Source of the DNA: an uncultured delta proteobacterium
GTDB taxonomy: Bacteria > Desulfobacterota > Binatia > UBA9968
DNA: 64,000 bases
Assembly: GCA_963771465.1 (NCBI GenBank)
Contig: CAVYTU010000008.1
Coordinates: forward strand, 160,001-224,000
Direction: 5' to 3'
Every line of letters begins with the position of its first letter. Within the stretch, counting starts at the first letter, position 1. The position numbers were made by a program, and so were the translations under genes. Below the pieces are notes generated by a model. That model saw nothing but the letters and a program-made list of their open reading frames with translations, was not told where the DNA came from and made no database searches. Below are positions 26,193-37,337 of this stretch, one piece after another.

Positions 26193-27431
26193 ATGGCACC
26201 TGAGAAAATTGCCGTGCGCTGTTGCATCGCCGGCGGCGGGCCGGCCGGCATGATGCTGGGCTATCTGCTCGCGCGCGCCGGGGTCAAAGTCTTGGTGCTG
26301 GAAAAGCATGGCGATTTCCTGCGCGATTTTCGCGGCGATACCATTCATCCCTCGACCCTCGAGGTGATGCACGAGCTGGGATTGCTCGACGAGTTTCTCG
26401 AGCTGCCGCATCAGAAGGTCTACGAGCTCAACGCGCAATTCGGCGAGCTGCGTCTGACCATCGCGGACTTCCGCCACCTGCCGACCCGCTGCGGCTTTGT
26501 CGCGTTCATGCCGCAGTGGGATTTTCTCAATTTCCTCGCCGAACGAGGAAAGCGGTATGCCAATTTCGCTTTGATGATGGAAGCCGAGGTCATCGGCATC
26601 ATCGAGGAATCGGGGCGCGTGGTCGGCGTGCGTGCGAAGACTCCCAACGGCGAGATTGAAGTGCGCGCCGATCTCGTCGTCGGCGCGGACGGCCGGAGCT
26701 CGATCGTGCGCGCAAAGGCGGGTTTGGCGGTGCAGGAATTCGGCGCGCCGATGGACGTTCTGTGGTTTCGGCTCAGACGAAGAGCGGAAGATCCCGCGGT
26801 GACCATGGGTCGGTTCGATGCCGGGAGGATTTTTATAACGCTCAATCGCGGCGACTATTGGCAGTGCGGCTTCGTCATTGCCAAGGGACAGTTCGAAGAG
26901 ATGCGCCGGCAGCCGTTCGAAACTTTTCGCGCGGCGATCGTGAAGCTCGCGCCCTATGTGAAAGACAGCGTGCAGGAGCTCGGCGGCTGGGAGGATGTAA
27001 AGCTATTGACGGTCCGCGTGGACCGTTTGCTCGATTGGTTTCGGCCGGGTCTCTTATGCATCGGCGACTCCGCCCATGCGATGTCTCCGGTCGGCGGTGT
27101 CGGTATCAATCTCGCGATACAGGATGCCGTGGCGGCAGCCAATGTTCTTTTCAAACCGCTGCGCGAAGGACAGCTCGCCATGGATCACCTGCGCCGCATC
27201 CAGAAGCGCCGCGAGTTGCCCACGCGCATGACGCAAGGATTGCAGGTCGCCGTGCAGCGCCGGATCATTGCGCGGGTACTGGTCGAAACCGGCCCGCTCA
27301 AGCCGCCGCTGGCGGTGCGTTTACTCGCTAGAGTGGGCTTCCTCCGGCGCATCCCGGCTCGTATCGTCGGTCTCGGCATCCGCCCGGAACATGTCAGCGC
27401 GGCGCTCCTCGGTTCACAGAGCGAAGATTAG
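26193..27431 (+). CDS. FAD-dependent oxidoreductase (UbiH-like monooxygenase family)
   Basis: GGGPAG, VGADG and IGDSAHAMSPVGGVGINLAIQDA motifs. Confidence 0.9.
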   Translation: MAPEKIAVRCCIAGGGPAGMMLGYLLARAGVKVLVLEKHGDFLRDFRGDTIHPSTLEVMHELGLLDEFLELPHQKVYELNAQFGELRLTIADFRHLPTRCGFVAFMPQWDFLNFLAERGKRYANFALMMEAEVIGIIEESGRVVGVRAKTPNGEIEVRADLVVGADGRSSIVRAKAGLAVQEFGAPMDVLWFRLRRRAEDPAVTMGRFDAGRIFITLNRGDYWQCGFVIAKGQFEEMRRQPFETFRAAIVKLAPYVKDSVQELGGWEDVKLLTVRVDRLLDWFRPGLLCIGDSAHAMSPVGGVGINLAIQDAVAAANVLFKPLREGQLAMDHLRRIQKRRELPTRMTQGLQVAVQRRIIARVLVETGPLKPPLAVRLLARVGFLRRIPARIVGLGIRPEHVSAALLGSQSED

Positions 27432-27449
27432 GTGCGTATGGATTTTTGC

Positions 27450-27497
27450 GTTCAAGCCGTTCAAATCGTTCAAGCGCTTCGCTCCGTTCAAACCGTC
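27450..27497. repeat. Short tandem GTTCAANNC repeat
   Basis: gttcaagccgttcaaatcgttcaag...gttcaaaccgt; a similar run lies at about 26016..26045. Confidence 0.55.
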
Positions 27498-27769
27498 CGG
27501 AGCTTTTGTTAGCGTTAATATCTCGTGATTGCCTCATCAATGAATTGTGTGAGTTACCTCTTATCGAGGTGCCCAGCATGCTATTTTTAGAATATGAAAT
27601 TTGAAAATGACAAAGGCGGGCAAGTGGAAATAAATTTTCAGAATTTCGAGAGCGTGTTGCTGGGAGCTAAACCCGGCCTTACGCGGGTGAAACTTAAGAA
27701 CGGTCGAGAAGAGTGGCTGAAAGCGACGACAGACGAGATTCTAGAAGCGGCGGTGGACGAATAAGTCGG

Positions 27770-28027
27770 TCACTGTTTTTTCGTCTCCTGTTTCGCCTTC
27801 GCCTTGGTATTATCAATCCAGTCTTTAGCGAAAACGTGGCCTTCCGTTTCGGCTTCTTTGTACGTCGCGAAACTGGCCTTGAAGCACCATTCCATCCACA
27901 GCTTAACACGCTCCCGGCCGTCCTCGGTCCAGTTAATCTGTGCAATGGGTTTAAATCCAATGCGGTCGCGAATGGGCGCCGCGCCAGAGCGGATCATGTA
28001 GCCTTTGTAATTCTGCTCCATTTTCAT
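27770..28027 (-). CDS. Small hypothetical protein
   Basis: GAGGAAGG upstream; YKGY.I ... F.T..EAE..G...AK.WID pattern. Confidence 0.6.
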   Translation of the reverse strand: MKMEQNYKGYMIRSGAAPIRDRIGFKPIAQINWTEDGRERVKLWMEWCFKASFATYKEAETEGHVFAKDWIDNTKAKAKQETKKQ

Positions 28028-28283
28028 TCCATTTTCACCTTCCTCGTCTTGTAATTAAACCCAACGATCCAAGGTTGCTGTCCAATAGTGGACCAAATTT
28101 TCAATCAACTAAAATTTTTCGCTACATCATCGAGCGAGCGAGGATCGCGGCTCCGGCGGTTGTCACGGTGTGGAATAGGCTCAGACAAGCTTCGCACTGT
28201 GTCCAATATTAGACAAAACAGAATTCAAATAAGTACGGCGGAATGCTATTTTGCTATTCCTAACAGGAAATGGAGTGATCGCT

Positions 28284-28844
28284 ATGTCCCATATAAGCCC
28301 ACTTCCTCCGGCCGATGCATCTCCGGAGGTAAAAAATATTTACGACGAATTTAGCCGTCGGATGGGCTTTCCTTCGCCGCCCAATTTCATCATGACCCAG
28401 GGGCACTCGCCCAACGTAGCTAGAGGGAGTTGGGATCTTGTCCGCAACGTGCTCGTGACCGGACAAATTGAGCGCTGGATAAAGGAAATGGTTTTCGCCG
28501 CGATTTCACAGGATCGTAACTGTCACTATTGCGCGGCGGCCCATATCGCTTGTTGCCGGATGCTCGGTGTGGATCCCGGCATGCTGGAATCTTTAGTGCG
28601 AGACGTCAATTCGATTACCAATCCGAAGGTGCGCGATATGATTTTGTTTGGCCTCAAGTGTTCGAGAAACCCACAAAGTCTAACCGAAGGCGACTACGAC
28701 ACGCTGCGCCGCCACGGACTCCGTCAGCCCGAGATATTGGAGTTGATCGCAATGTCCGGCTTGGCTGTATATGCAAATATTATGGCCGATGCGACCGGCA
28801 TGGAAGCGGACGCCATATTTGCCAGTCTTTCGGAAAGTAACTGA
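28284..28844 (+). CDS. AhpD/carboxymuconolactone decarboxylase-family peroxidase-related protein
   Basis: KEM....S....CHYC...H motif. Confidence 0.8.
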   Translation: MSHISPLPPADASPEVKNIYDEFSRRMGFPSPPNFIMTQGHSPNVARGSWDLVRNVLVTGQIERWIKEMVFAAISQDRNCHYCAAAHIACCRMLGVDPGMLESLVRDVNSITNPKVRDMILFGLKCSRNPQSLTEGDYDTLRRHGLRQPEILELIAMSGLAVYANIMADATGMEADAIFASLSESN

Positions 28845-28977
28845 CCCCAAGCCTACCTTTACTTTTGCTTTTTGATCTCCTGTTTAAACCAAAGCAGGAT
28901 TGGCATCTCGGCGCGTTTACCGGCCGTGTGCGCTCGGAGCATTAAAAAATCAAAAGCCTTCTCACCCGTCCGAGGCG

Positions 28978-30233
28978 TCAGCCTGTTTCCGCTCGAGCGC
29001 TTTTTTCTTCGAACAGCGTCCGCCAAGAGACGCCGGCAGGCAGATAAGCAACGTCGCAGCGGATGCGCGCGAAGTCGGCTTGGGCGGGATCGTAGACTAC
29101 ACCCGGAGGCGGTTTGCCCGCTTGGACATCTCTGACCGCTTTAAGCAAAAATCTGCGCACTTGAATGATGTACGAGTCGCTCACGCCGAGATGCTCGTTA
29201 CGTCGATCGACGATCGGACCCATGCTCTCGGTCGCGCAGGCGTCCTGGTTTAGGAATTCTTCTATGCCGGTGAAGTTGACGGTTTTCTGAAGTTGTCTGT
29301 CCTGGAGATAATTGTTGCCGACGTTGCGCAGCTTGCGGTAATCGGCGCCGACGAAATCCCGCTTCGACGAATCTTCCTTGGTCATCGGCTTGGCCCATTT
29401 GAAAAAGAAATCGTAGCGCCAGGTGTTATGGTCGTCGGCGGGAACCTGGTAAACGGCTTTGAAGCCGTCGAGCTTGCCGTCGACCTCGCGGCCCACCGGC
29501 ACGCAGCCGATAAATGGCATGACGAATTGTGAGATGCGCACGTAACTCTTGTCGGGTTCGATTTTCCTGATCGCGGCGACCCGAAAACCGAAATCCATCT
29601 CGTCGATTTCAAAATGGGGCGACTGATCTTCGTACCTGCAGGAACGCCCGGCGCGCGTCCGGCTTGAAGATTCGATGCAGGTAATTCAAGTGAGCCGAAT
29701 CGCAGTCGCCGTCGAGGCCTTGAAGATAGTTGCACTCCAAAAGACTCTTGGCGATGTAAATTTGCTGCTGCGGCACGCCGAGCCAGGCGTAGGTTGGGAA
29801 CACCGGCATGTCTTCTCTGGCGCCCATGAAAGTGAACACCATGCCGCCCGCCTCGACGCAGGGATAAGCGGTATGATGGACTTTGCTTTTTAGTTGGCTG
29901 CCGGCAGGTTCCGCGGGGGTTTCGAGCACATGGCCTTCGACGTCGTACTTCCAGCCGTGATAGATGCATCTCAGGCCGCACTCTTCGTTGCGGCCGAAAA
30001 ACAGCGAAGTGCCGCGGTGCGCGCAATGCTCGCCCAGCAGACCGATCCGTCCTTGAGTGTCGCGAAAAGCGACGAGATCTTCGCCGAGCAGACGCACGCG
30101 CACGGGCGGACAATCGGGAGTCGGGAATTTCCTCGGCGAGCAGCGCGGGAATCCAATAGCGCCTGAACAGGCGCCCCATCGCAGTGCCGGGATGCACTCG
30201 GGTCAACAGCTCGTTTTCTTCTTTCGAGAGCAT
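28978..30233 (-). CDS. Rieske non-heme iron oxygenase alpha subunit (phthalate 4,5-dioxygenase-like), two frameshifts
   Basis: MLSKEENELLTRV..GT.MG.LFRRYW, CAHR/CIYH Rieske motif, CNYLQ..D..HL..LH, QD...TESMG and EHLG.SD; split at about 30118 and 29620. Confidence 0.88.
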
Positions 30234-30266
30234 GATGGCTTTCCTCCCTTATTCGAGTTGCATTAC

Positions 30267-30357
30267 TTCCCCCTTTGACAAAAAGGGGGACCGAGGGGGA
30301 TTTTCTTACGCGATCAATTCGGAAAATCTCCCCTAGCCCCTCTTTTTCAAAGAGGGG
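30267..30357. repeat. REP-like hairpin pair, copy 5 (halves in opposite arrangement)
   Basis: CCCCCTTTGACAAAAAGGGGGACCGAGGGGGATTTT...AAAATCTCCCCTAGCCCCTCTTTTTCAAAGAGGGG. Confidence 0.85.
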
Positions 30358-30467
30358 AACTCAGTCCAAATAACTCAACCGACAATTTCCCTTTGATAAC
30401 TACGCTCACTAAATCGATGCTCAGCATAGGGATTCAATTTTATTTTGGACACTAAAATTGTCCTTTC

Positions 30468-31601
30468 CTAGGGTCTTCTTGCGAGAATCGCTTTGAGCAG
30501 CTTGGTCGCTTCGGCGGTTTCCTGATCGACGTTGGGGCCGTTTTCCCAGAATACCGCGTCGTCCTTCAAACGATATTCGGGCGCGATGATGTCCTTGGCG
30601 ATATCGGTGCGGCGCGAGTTGGCGTTGCGCTGGCCGGATTTCACCGACTGCTCCTGGAACAAACTTTGTCCTTCGCGCGACAGGAACCAATTGAGAAAGA
30701 TTTGCGCCGCATGCGGATGAGGCGCCGGAGTGATCAAGCTGATCACTCCTTGGCCGCCGGCGATATAGTCGCCCTCTTTCAGAGCGTGAGTTACCGACTC
30801 CACCGGCAGCCGCTGCTCTCTGGCGTTCACCAATTCGGCGTCGTCGCACGGCACGCAGACGGCCGCCTTCCCCGCCGCCAACCAATCGACGAGCTGGCGA
30901 TGATCACGGCTCAGAGTCAATTGCATATCGCCGTACAGCTTGCCGATGAATTCCGGACCGAGGGCTTTGTTCATATAAAGGTACCAGAGAACATTGCGGG
31001 CAACCCCGGCGACGGTGGGGTCGTAGCCGATGATTTTTCCTTTCCACTTGGGATTTATCAGATCCCACCACGACTTGATTTCGTCCGCCTTCGCTTGCGG
31101 GGTGTTGGTGGAGATGTAAAGGCCGCGATGGCCCTGAAAGACGAACGAGTGGCGCGTTTCAGGATCGACAAACCGATGCTTGCCCTTGAACCATTTGGAT
31201 TCGTCTTTCACCTCCGGCAAGATAAAAGCCGGCGGCATGGGCGCCAGCGCTTTGGCCGGATACAAAACTGAAACATGAGTCCCTTGCCCGGCGATGTAGA
31301 GATCGGCTTGATATTTTCCCGCGCGCCGCTCGGCCATGAGTCGAGAAGTGAGCGCGGGTCCGCTTGGCCCGTCGATCTGGTTAAGTTTGATCTTAGGAAA
31401 CGCTTTGTGAAACTGGCTGACGGTGAACCTGGGATAATCGACGACATAGACGCTGACCTCGCCTTCGCTCTCGGCCGCCTTCAACGTTTTGTCCCACTCG
31501 CCGGGTCTCGCCTCAGCCGCTCCACCGGCGCGCGCAACTGCGAGAAGCGCGGCGATGATCAAACTAAAAAGCAATGCTCGTTTTGGATTCATACCGGTCA
31601 T
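30468..31601 (-). CDS. ABC extracellular solute-binding protein (AfuA-like)
   Basis: AAESEGEVSVY, DLINPKWKGKI and APHPHAAQIFLNWFLSREGQ motifs. Confidence 0.85.
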   Translation of the reverse strand: MTGMNPKRALLFSLIIAALLAVARAGGAAEARPGEWDKTLKAAESEGEVSVYVVDYPRFTVSQFHKAFPKIKLNQIDGPSGPALTSRLMAERRAGKYQADLYIAGQGTHVSVLYPAKALAPMPPAFILPEVKDESKWFKGKHRFVDPETRHSFVFQGHRGLYISTNTPQAKADEIKSWWDLINPKWKGKIIGYDPTVAGVARNVLWYLYMNKALGPEFIGKLYGDMQLTLSRDHRQLVDWLAAGKAAVCVPCDDAELVNAREQRLPVESVTHALKEGDYIAGGQGVISLITPAPHPHAAQIFLNWFLSREGQSLFQEQSVKSGQRNANSRRTDIAKDIIAPEYRLKDDAVFWENGPNVDQETAEATKLLKAILARRP

Positions 31602-31846
31602 ATCTTTCTCAACAGCGCAGGCAAGTATCTTTTACGATAAAAGCCGCGAGAGAAGCAAAGCAACGCGCTTGGTCATCGTGCAGGTCCCAGGTTATATGTG
31701 CCGTATTCAAGGTGTTCGTCAACTGAGAAGCGACACCGGCGACCATAGCTGCGGCGGAACAGATCGACCAGTTTCCCGTCTTGATTGGCGATCCATCGAG
31801 ATATAATCTTACAGCCGTGAAAGACGCCACTACCGAGCGCCAAGAG

Positions 31847-33904
31847 ATGGATCTTTTGCATGGCCAGTATCAAGCGCTTCTCGAAATATCCGAAGCGATC
31901 GCGTCGCACCGGGAACTGGACCGGCTTTTTGCCGAGCTCGCGCCGCGGCTGCATCGCGTCGTGCAGTTCGATTTCGCCAATCTGATGCTCTACGAGCCCG
32001 ATCGCAAGGCGCTGAAATCCCATGTGCTCGAGACCCCCGATCCGGCTTATACCTGTCCTGCTGGAGATTGTCCGATGGAAACTCCGGGCGGCTGGGTTTG
32101 GCAAACCCAACAGCCGTGGGTCGTTTCACATCTAGCCGAGGACAAAAAATTTCCCGATCTAGCGACCTGGTTGTGTGACCGCGGCGTGCAATCACTTTGC
32201 GTCGTTCCGGCGACCACGGCGTTAAGTAAAATAGGGGCGCTGGCTTTTGGCAGCAGGTTGGAATCAGCGTATTCCGAGGCAGACGTCACCTTTTTGCAGC
32301 AGGTGGCTCGGCAAGTCGCCGTGGCGGTGGATAACGCGCATAATTTTGCCGAAGCCCAATCGGTTCAGCGCCAACTCAAAGACGAGCGCGATCGTTTGAG
32401 TCTCCTGCTCGAGGTCAACAACGCTGTCGTTTCCGTCCTTGATTTGCATGAGCTGCTCAAAGCAGTTTCCGATTCGTTACGGCGGTTGGTGCCGCACGAA
32501 TATGCCAGCCTTTCCCTCTACGACGCGGAATCCCAAACTTTACAAATTCATGCTTTGGATTTCCCGGTAAGCAAGGGGCTGCTCCAGGAAGGCCTGTCAA
32601 TTCCGGTTGAAGGTTCGCCGGCGGGACGCGCTATTCAAACTCGCCGGCCGGTGCATATCACGCGCAATGAAATCGAGCAGTTCGGTTCGGACATCGCCCG
32701 ACGCATACTCGCCGAAGGGCTCAAGTCCGCCTATTGCCTGCCGTTGATTTCTCACGGCCGGCCGTTGGGCACGTTAGTGGTCGCGAGTCTAACGGAAGAG
32801 ATATTTCCCGAGAAGGACGCCCAGCTGCTGCAACATGTTGCCAATCAGATCGCCATCGCCGTGGAAAACTCCCTCGCCTTTCGCCAGGTGGTCGAACGAG
32901 CCAACAAATTGAGCGAAGAGAAGCTCTATCTGCAAGATGAGATCCGCAGCGAATACAACTTCGAAGAGATTATCGGCGACAGTCCGGCGTTGAAAAAAAT
33001 TCTCAATCAACTCCAAACCGTCGCGCCCACCGATTCGACGATACTGATTCAAGGCGAAACCGGCACCGGAAAAGAATTGATCGCCCGCGCCATTCATCAT
33101 CTCAGCGCGCGCCGCGAGCGCACCCTGGTAAAGGTGAACTGCGCCGCCATCCCGACGGGGCTTTTGGAAAGCGAGCTGTTCGGTCACGAACGGGGCGCAT
33201 TCACCGGCGCCATCGCGCAGCGCGTCGGCCGCTTTGAGCTGGCCCATCGTGGCACACTGTTTCTTGACGAGGTTGGCGATATTCCGCTGGAGTTGCAGCC
33301 CAAGCTATTGCGGGTCTTACAGGAGCAAGAATTTGAGCGGTTGGGCAGCGCGCGCACCGTCCAAGTCGATGTTCGCCTGGTGGCGGCCACCAATGCGGAC
33401 CTCGCCCAAAAGATGGCCGACGGTCAATTTCGCAGCGACCTGTATTATCGCCTGAATGTTTTCCCGGTGACGATCCCGCCGCTGCGCGAGCGGCGCGAGG
33501 ATATTCCATTGCTCGTGCGCTACTTCGCGCAAAAGTATGCCAGGCGCATGAAAAGACCGATCGACAACGTGCCGGTCAAGGCGATGACCGCACTATCGGA
33601 ATATCACTGGCCGGGCAACGTGCGCGAGTTGGAAAATTTTATTGAGCGCGCGGTTATTCTTTCGCGCGGCGCGGAGTTGCAGATTCCGCTTGCAGAACTG
33701 AAACACCGGACAAGCGACGCGCCGATCGCTGCTGCAAATGGATTTGCCACCCTCGAGCACGCCGAACGCGAACATATCGTGCGCATGCTCGGAGAGACCA
33801 AATGGGTGATCGGCGGACCGACCGGCGCCGCCAATCGATTAGGTATGAAGCGCACCACACTCCAATCGCGCATGCGCAAGCTCGGCATCACTCGCCCCAT
33901 CTGA
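31847..33904 (+). CDS. FhlA-like sigma54-dependent activator (2 GAF + AAA + HTH)
   Basis: [38 protein letters not shown] and C-terminal [15 protein letters not shown]; start may be slightly upstream. Confidence 0.92.
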   Translation: MDLLHGQYQALLEISEAIASHRELDRLFAELAPRLHRVVQFDFANLMLYEPDRKALKSHVLETPDPAYTCPAGDCPMETPGGWVWQTQQPWVVSHLAEDKKFPDLATWLCDRGVQSLCVVPATTALSKIGALAFGSRLESAYSEADVTFLQQVARQVAVAVDNAHNFAEAQSVQRQLKDERDRLSLLLEVNNAVVSVLDLHELLKAVSDSLRRLVPHEYASLSLYDAESQTLQIHALDFPVSKGLLQEGLSIPVEGSPAGRAIQTRRPVHITRNEIEQFGSDIARRILAEGLKSAYCLPLISHGRPLGTLVVASLTEEIFPEKDAQLLQHVANQIAIAVENSLAFRQVVERANKLSEEKLYLQDEIRSEYNFEEIIGDSPALKKILNQLQTVAPTDSTILIQGETGTGKELIARAIHHLSARRERTLVKVNCAAIPTGLLESELFGHERGAFTGAIAQRVGRFELAHRGTLFLDEVGDIPLELQPKLLRVLQEQEFERLGSARTVQVDVRLVAATNADLAQKMADGQFRSDLYYRLNVFPVTIPPLRERREDIPLLVRYFAQKYARRMKRPIDNVPVKAMTALSEYHWPGNVRELENFIERAVILSRGAELQIPLAELKHRTSDAPIAAANGFATLEHAEREHIVRMLGETKWVIGGPTGAANRLGMKRTTLQSRMRKLGITRPI

Positions 33905-33905
33905 C

Positions 33906-34052
33906 GCCGCTATTTCGGCGCCTGCCGATCACTCGGCACAAGCTCTTCGTCACTTTCCTATCCTCAGCAGCAGCGAGAAGTGCGTAAATGCTTACGCAAA
34001 AAGCAGTTAACGGCTTTTTTCGAGCGCCGGCGGGTTTGGCATAACCCTTGTT
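33906..34052 (+). promoter_or_regulatory. Tandem GCCGA-N4-TCGGC boxes and near-consensus sigma54 promoter of the SDR gene
   Basis: gccgctatttcggc-gcct-gccgatcactcggc; TGGCATAACCCTTGT (GG-N10-GT) at 34037. Confidence 0.55.
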
Positions 34053-34103
34053 ACACCTATGGAAGAAAGCCGTTGCAGCTGAGAAATTTATTACGGAGGA
34101 TTT

Positions 34104-34838
34104 ATGTCTCTGATACTTTCTGGAAAAACTGCGCTGGTGACTGGGGCGTCACGGGGCATCGGCCGGGCCATTGCCGAACGTTTAGCCGCGGATGGGGCGG
34201 CTGTCATCGTCAACTACGCGCGCACCGAAAAACTGGCGCAGGAGGTCGTCAAAGCGATCGAGGCGAAGGGCGGCAAGGCGATCGCCATCCAGGCCGACGT
34301 TGCCAAACCCGCCGAGGTGCAGCGACTTTTCAGCGCAGCCGAGAAAGCGATGGGAAAACTCGACATCGTCGTCGCCAATGCCGGCGTGCATGCGGTAAAA
34401 CCGCTGATCGAAAACACCGAGGCGGATTACAACTACATTTTCGACATCAATACCCGCGGGGTTTTTTTCACCTTGCAGGAGGCCGGCCGGCGAGTGCGTG
34501 ACGGCGGCCGCATCGTCGTCGTGTCCACCGGCGGCACGAAGATGCATTTTGCCAACATGTCGCTTTATCTCGGCAGCAAAGGCGCCATCGAGCAGTTCGC
34601 TCGCTCGCTGTCCCTCGAGCTCGGCCCGCGCAATGTTACGGTTAACATTCTTTCGCCGGGATTCACCGACACGGACATGCTTCCCGAAGAATACCGCGCT
34701 TACGGCGCGAGCCTGTCGCCGTTCAATCGCGTCGGCACCCCGCAGGAAGTCGCGGATGTCTCCGCGTTTCTAGCCAGCGACGCTTCCCGCTGGATAACCG
34801 GGCAGAATATCCAGGCCGGCGGCGGCGTGGTCGGATAG
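34104..34838 (+). CDS. SDR family oxidoreductase
   Basis: [16 protein letters not shown] (YxxxK) and PGFTDTDM motifs. Confidence 0.92.
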   Translation: MSLILSGKTALVTGASRGIGRAIAERLAADGAAVIVNYARTEKLAQEVVKAIEAKGGKAIAIQADVAKPAEVQRLFSAAEKAMGKLDIVVANAGVHAVKPLIENTEADYNYIFDINTRGVFFTLQEAGRRVRDGGRIVVVSTGGTKMHFANMSLYLGSKGAIEQFARSLSLELGPRNVTVNILSPGFTDTDMLPEEYRAYGASLSPFNRVGTPQEVADVSAFLASDASRWITGQNIQAGGGVVG

Positions 34839-34898
34839 TCGCTCGGACGATCACGCGACTTAATATCTACCGGATTAACGAAGAAAGGACGACTCAAA

Positions 34899-35069
34899 AT
34901 GAAATTTTCACTGGTGCCACTGCTAGTGGCGGGACAAAGCATCTCTGCCGCTATTCGACAGGCTTTGCTTGAGAACCGCCTCAAGGACGCCGCGGCCATG
35001 ATCATGAAGGAATATGGACTTTCCTGCGCTGAAGCGGGAGATCTCCTGAACGTAACGCAGTGTGAATGA
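34899..35069 (+). CDS. Small hypothetical protein (56 aa)
   Basis: AAAGGA upstream; MKFSLVPLLVAG...YGLSCAEAGDLLNVTQCE. Confidence 0.55.
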   Translation: MKFSLVPLLVAGQSISAAIRQALLENRLKDAAAMIMKEYGLSCAEAGDLLNVTQCE

Positions 35070-35112
35070 TTTCAATTGATTGTTTTGAAACTTTTTCGCT
35101 GCGGCAGAGCCG

Positions 35113-35342
35113 TTGCTTGGAATCGCGGCAGATTACTGGCGAGCGGCGCTTGCCTGGACGGAACAAATTAACCTTGATCGCCGACAATCATGTCCCGGAT
35201 GATCTCTACGAACTAACTTGTCGGCCTTTCAGCGAGCAGGAGCTTTTTGATTTAACCCTCGCGGTGGTCACCATCAACGCCTAGAATCGCATCGCCATCT
35301 GTTTTGCCAAGAGACCGGAATGTACCAACCGGCGCAGGTGAA
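35113..35342 (+). pseudogene. AhpD/CMD-family pseudogene (C-terminal half)
   Basis: LTLIADNHVPDDLY...FSEQELFDLTLAVVTINA*NRIAI; the conserved W is replaced by TAG at 35282. Confidence 0.7.
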
Positions 35343-35453
35343 CCCTCGAGGTCATTTTTGCTTGGCTCCTTCGGCTCCCATCCGGTTACTCAAGAAGATA
35401 AGAAGTAGAACCCATGCCTGAGCTAGAAACTGCTCTTTGTTTGCTCAGACGAA

Positions 35454-35599
35454 GCCAACATTTCGGCGCGTGCCGACAGTTCGTCACATTTATTTCGGCG
35501 TCAGTCCTCACTCTATAACACGCACTCGATGCAACTCTCGTAGTTCCGATCGTTTACACATTCGTTGCAAACCTCGGTGCGCCTGGCACGGGCCTTGCC
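35454..35599 (+). promoter_or_regulatory. Tandem GCCGA-N4-TCGGC boxes and consensus sigma54 promoter
   Basis: gccaacatttcggc-gcgt-gccgacagttcgtc; TGGCACGGGCCTTGC at 35584. Confidence 0.7.
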
Positions 35600-35825
35600 A
35601 TTACTACTGTTAGCAACACACGGTAGGAAGGCGGTTGAGCCAATGAAGATCGAAAGTTTTTATGTCGCGTTATTGTTTCTCGGCGGGACAAATCTATTTG
35701 CGCGCTTACTGACCCAGGGAGTCGAATCGGCGCTGGTTGCGACGGCAATCGAGTGGTCGACGAGTCGAATCCGAGCGGCGGTCAAACTTGCTCGCTCACG
35801 CCAATAGCTAGGATCGGCACGTCAG

Positions 35826-36272
35826 ATGGAATCGAGCGTAAGAACAGGAGGGTCGACGGTGTCACTGAAAAATAAAATTTGTTTAGCGGCCTCGATGGCC
35901 TCAAGAGTTATCGGCGGATTGATCCTGTTCGGCTCTATCGCCGTTGCCAGGGCGCAAGCCGCCGACAGTAGTTCGCAACCGCGGTACGTAGGATTGACGG
36001 CCGAGTTGCCGCAGGTTTCATTAACCCTGATCTCGCTGTCGCCGCTGACCGCTAACGGGCAGACCGTGGGTGCAATCGCGATTTATGACGATCCGACCAC
36101 GCCGAGAGCAGCGGACTATGTCGAAGTATTCGACAGCGATGGCGCTCCTGTCGTCGTCTCATGGTTCGATCGATTCGGGATCGAGAGGTTAGTCGTGGAC
36201 CGCGCCCTAATCGAAGGCGGGGATGAACTCGAAGGAGTTTTCGTGGCGGTCTTGGATGGAGAGTCGATATAG
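35826..36272 (+). CDS. Hypothetical exported protein
   Basis: Signal-like segment ending ARAQA; start uncertain. Confidence 0.55.
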   Translation: MESSVRTGGSTVSLKNKICLAASMASRVIGGLILFGSIAVARAQAADSSSQPRYVGLTAELPQVSLTLISLSPLTANGQTVGAIAIYDDPTTPRAADYVEVFDSDGAPVVVSWFDRFGIERLVVDRALIEGGDELEGVFVAVLDGESI

Positions 36273-36288
36273 GATCGTATTCTCACCC

Positions 36289-36564
36289 ATGTTGAAGATT
36301 ACCACTCACAGCGAAAGTACGCTGGACATCCTTGAACTCGAAGGAAGACTCGTCGGTCCTTGGATTGAGGAATTGAAAAAATGTTGGCGGCAAGCCGCCA
36401 GTGCCGATCACGAGATTCGCGTCGTCTTGAAACAAGTGACCTTTATCGATGACGCGGGTAGAGCGCTTCTAGCGGCTATGCATCGCGCCGGAGTAAAACT
36501 TGAGGCCACCGGATGCATGACCAACGCAGTCATCGCAGAGATCGTAGGAGGAGAAAAAACATGA
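36289..36564 (+). CDS. STAS-domain (anti-sigma antagonist-like) protein
   Basis: MLKIT...LEGRLVGPWIEEL...L..VTFIDDAG..LL. Confidence 0.75.
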   Translation: MLKITTHSESTLDILELEGRLVGPWIEELKKCWRQAASADHEIRVVLKQVTFIDDAGRALLAAMHRAGVKLEATGCMTNAVIAEIVGGEKT

Positions 36565-36902
36565 CCGCAAATATCGAAAATGTAAACGATGAGAACTTCG
36601 GCCAGGTTGTCCTGGATTCCAAACAGCCGGTGCTGGTCGATTTCTGGGCGCAATGGTGCGGACCGTGCCGCTCCCTCGCGCCGATCGTCGACGCCCTCGC
36701 CGAACAGTACGCCGGAACGGCGCGGATCGTGAAGCTCAACGTCGATGATAGTCCCGCGGTTGTCGAGCGCTATCGCGTGCAGGCGATACCGACGCTGATC
36801 TTATTTCAAGGCGGCGAAGAAAAACAGCGGCTGGTCGGCGTGTCGGGGAAAGAAGCCATCGCCAGCGCCATCGATGTCCATGTTGGCACCGACGCGCAGT
36901 AG
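36561..36902 (+). CDS. trxA: Thioredoxin
   Basis: PVLVDFWAQWCGPC, KLNVD and IPTL motifs; AGGAGGAG RBS. Confidence 0.92.
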   Translation: MTANIENVNDENFGQVVLDSKQPVLVDFWAQWCGPCRSLAPIVDALAEQYAGTARIVKLNVDDSPAVVERYRVQAIPTLILFQGGEEKQRLVGVSGKEAIASAIDVHVGTDAQ

Positions 36903-36914
36903 GAGGAAGGAAAC

Positions 36915-37337
36915 ATGGAACATAAACTCGCAAATTCAGCGGACACGGAAAATGTATCCGCCCGCAGGGGCGACGAAAAGGTCGCCTCGCTTTTTCAACC
37001 CGACACGCTGCTGTCGGCCCAGTACTTTGACACGCTGCGGAGACAAACTCTGCTCGAACCGGAGAAGCGGCTCATGCTGGCGATCTTAGACGATGCGATC
37101 AATTGCTACCAGGACAATCTGTTTTCCCAACGCGTGAAAAATAGGCGGCTTTTCGACGAAGCCGAAGAGTGGATTGTAACAGCGGGCGGCGAATGGATTT
37201 TTTCTTTTGACCATGTCTGTGAATCGCTTGGCTTCAATCCAGAGTATGTGCGCCGCGGGCTGCTGCAATGGAAGGAGAAGAATCGCCAAAAGCGCTCTCC
37301 GAGCGGAACTTGGGATGAGAAAAAGCTGGCCAGTTAA
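36915..37337 (+). CDS. Hypothetical protein
   Basis: Strong RBS; PEKRLMLAIL.DA..C...EAEEW......FSF..VC..LG.NP.YVR. Confidence 0.7.
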   Translation: MEHKLANSADTENVSARRGDEKVASLFQPDTLLSAQYFDTLRRQTLLEPEKRLMLAILDDAINCYQDNLFSQRVKNRRLFDEAEEWIVTAGGEWIFSFDHVCESLGFNPEYVRRGLLQWKEKNRQKRSPSGTWDEKKLAS

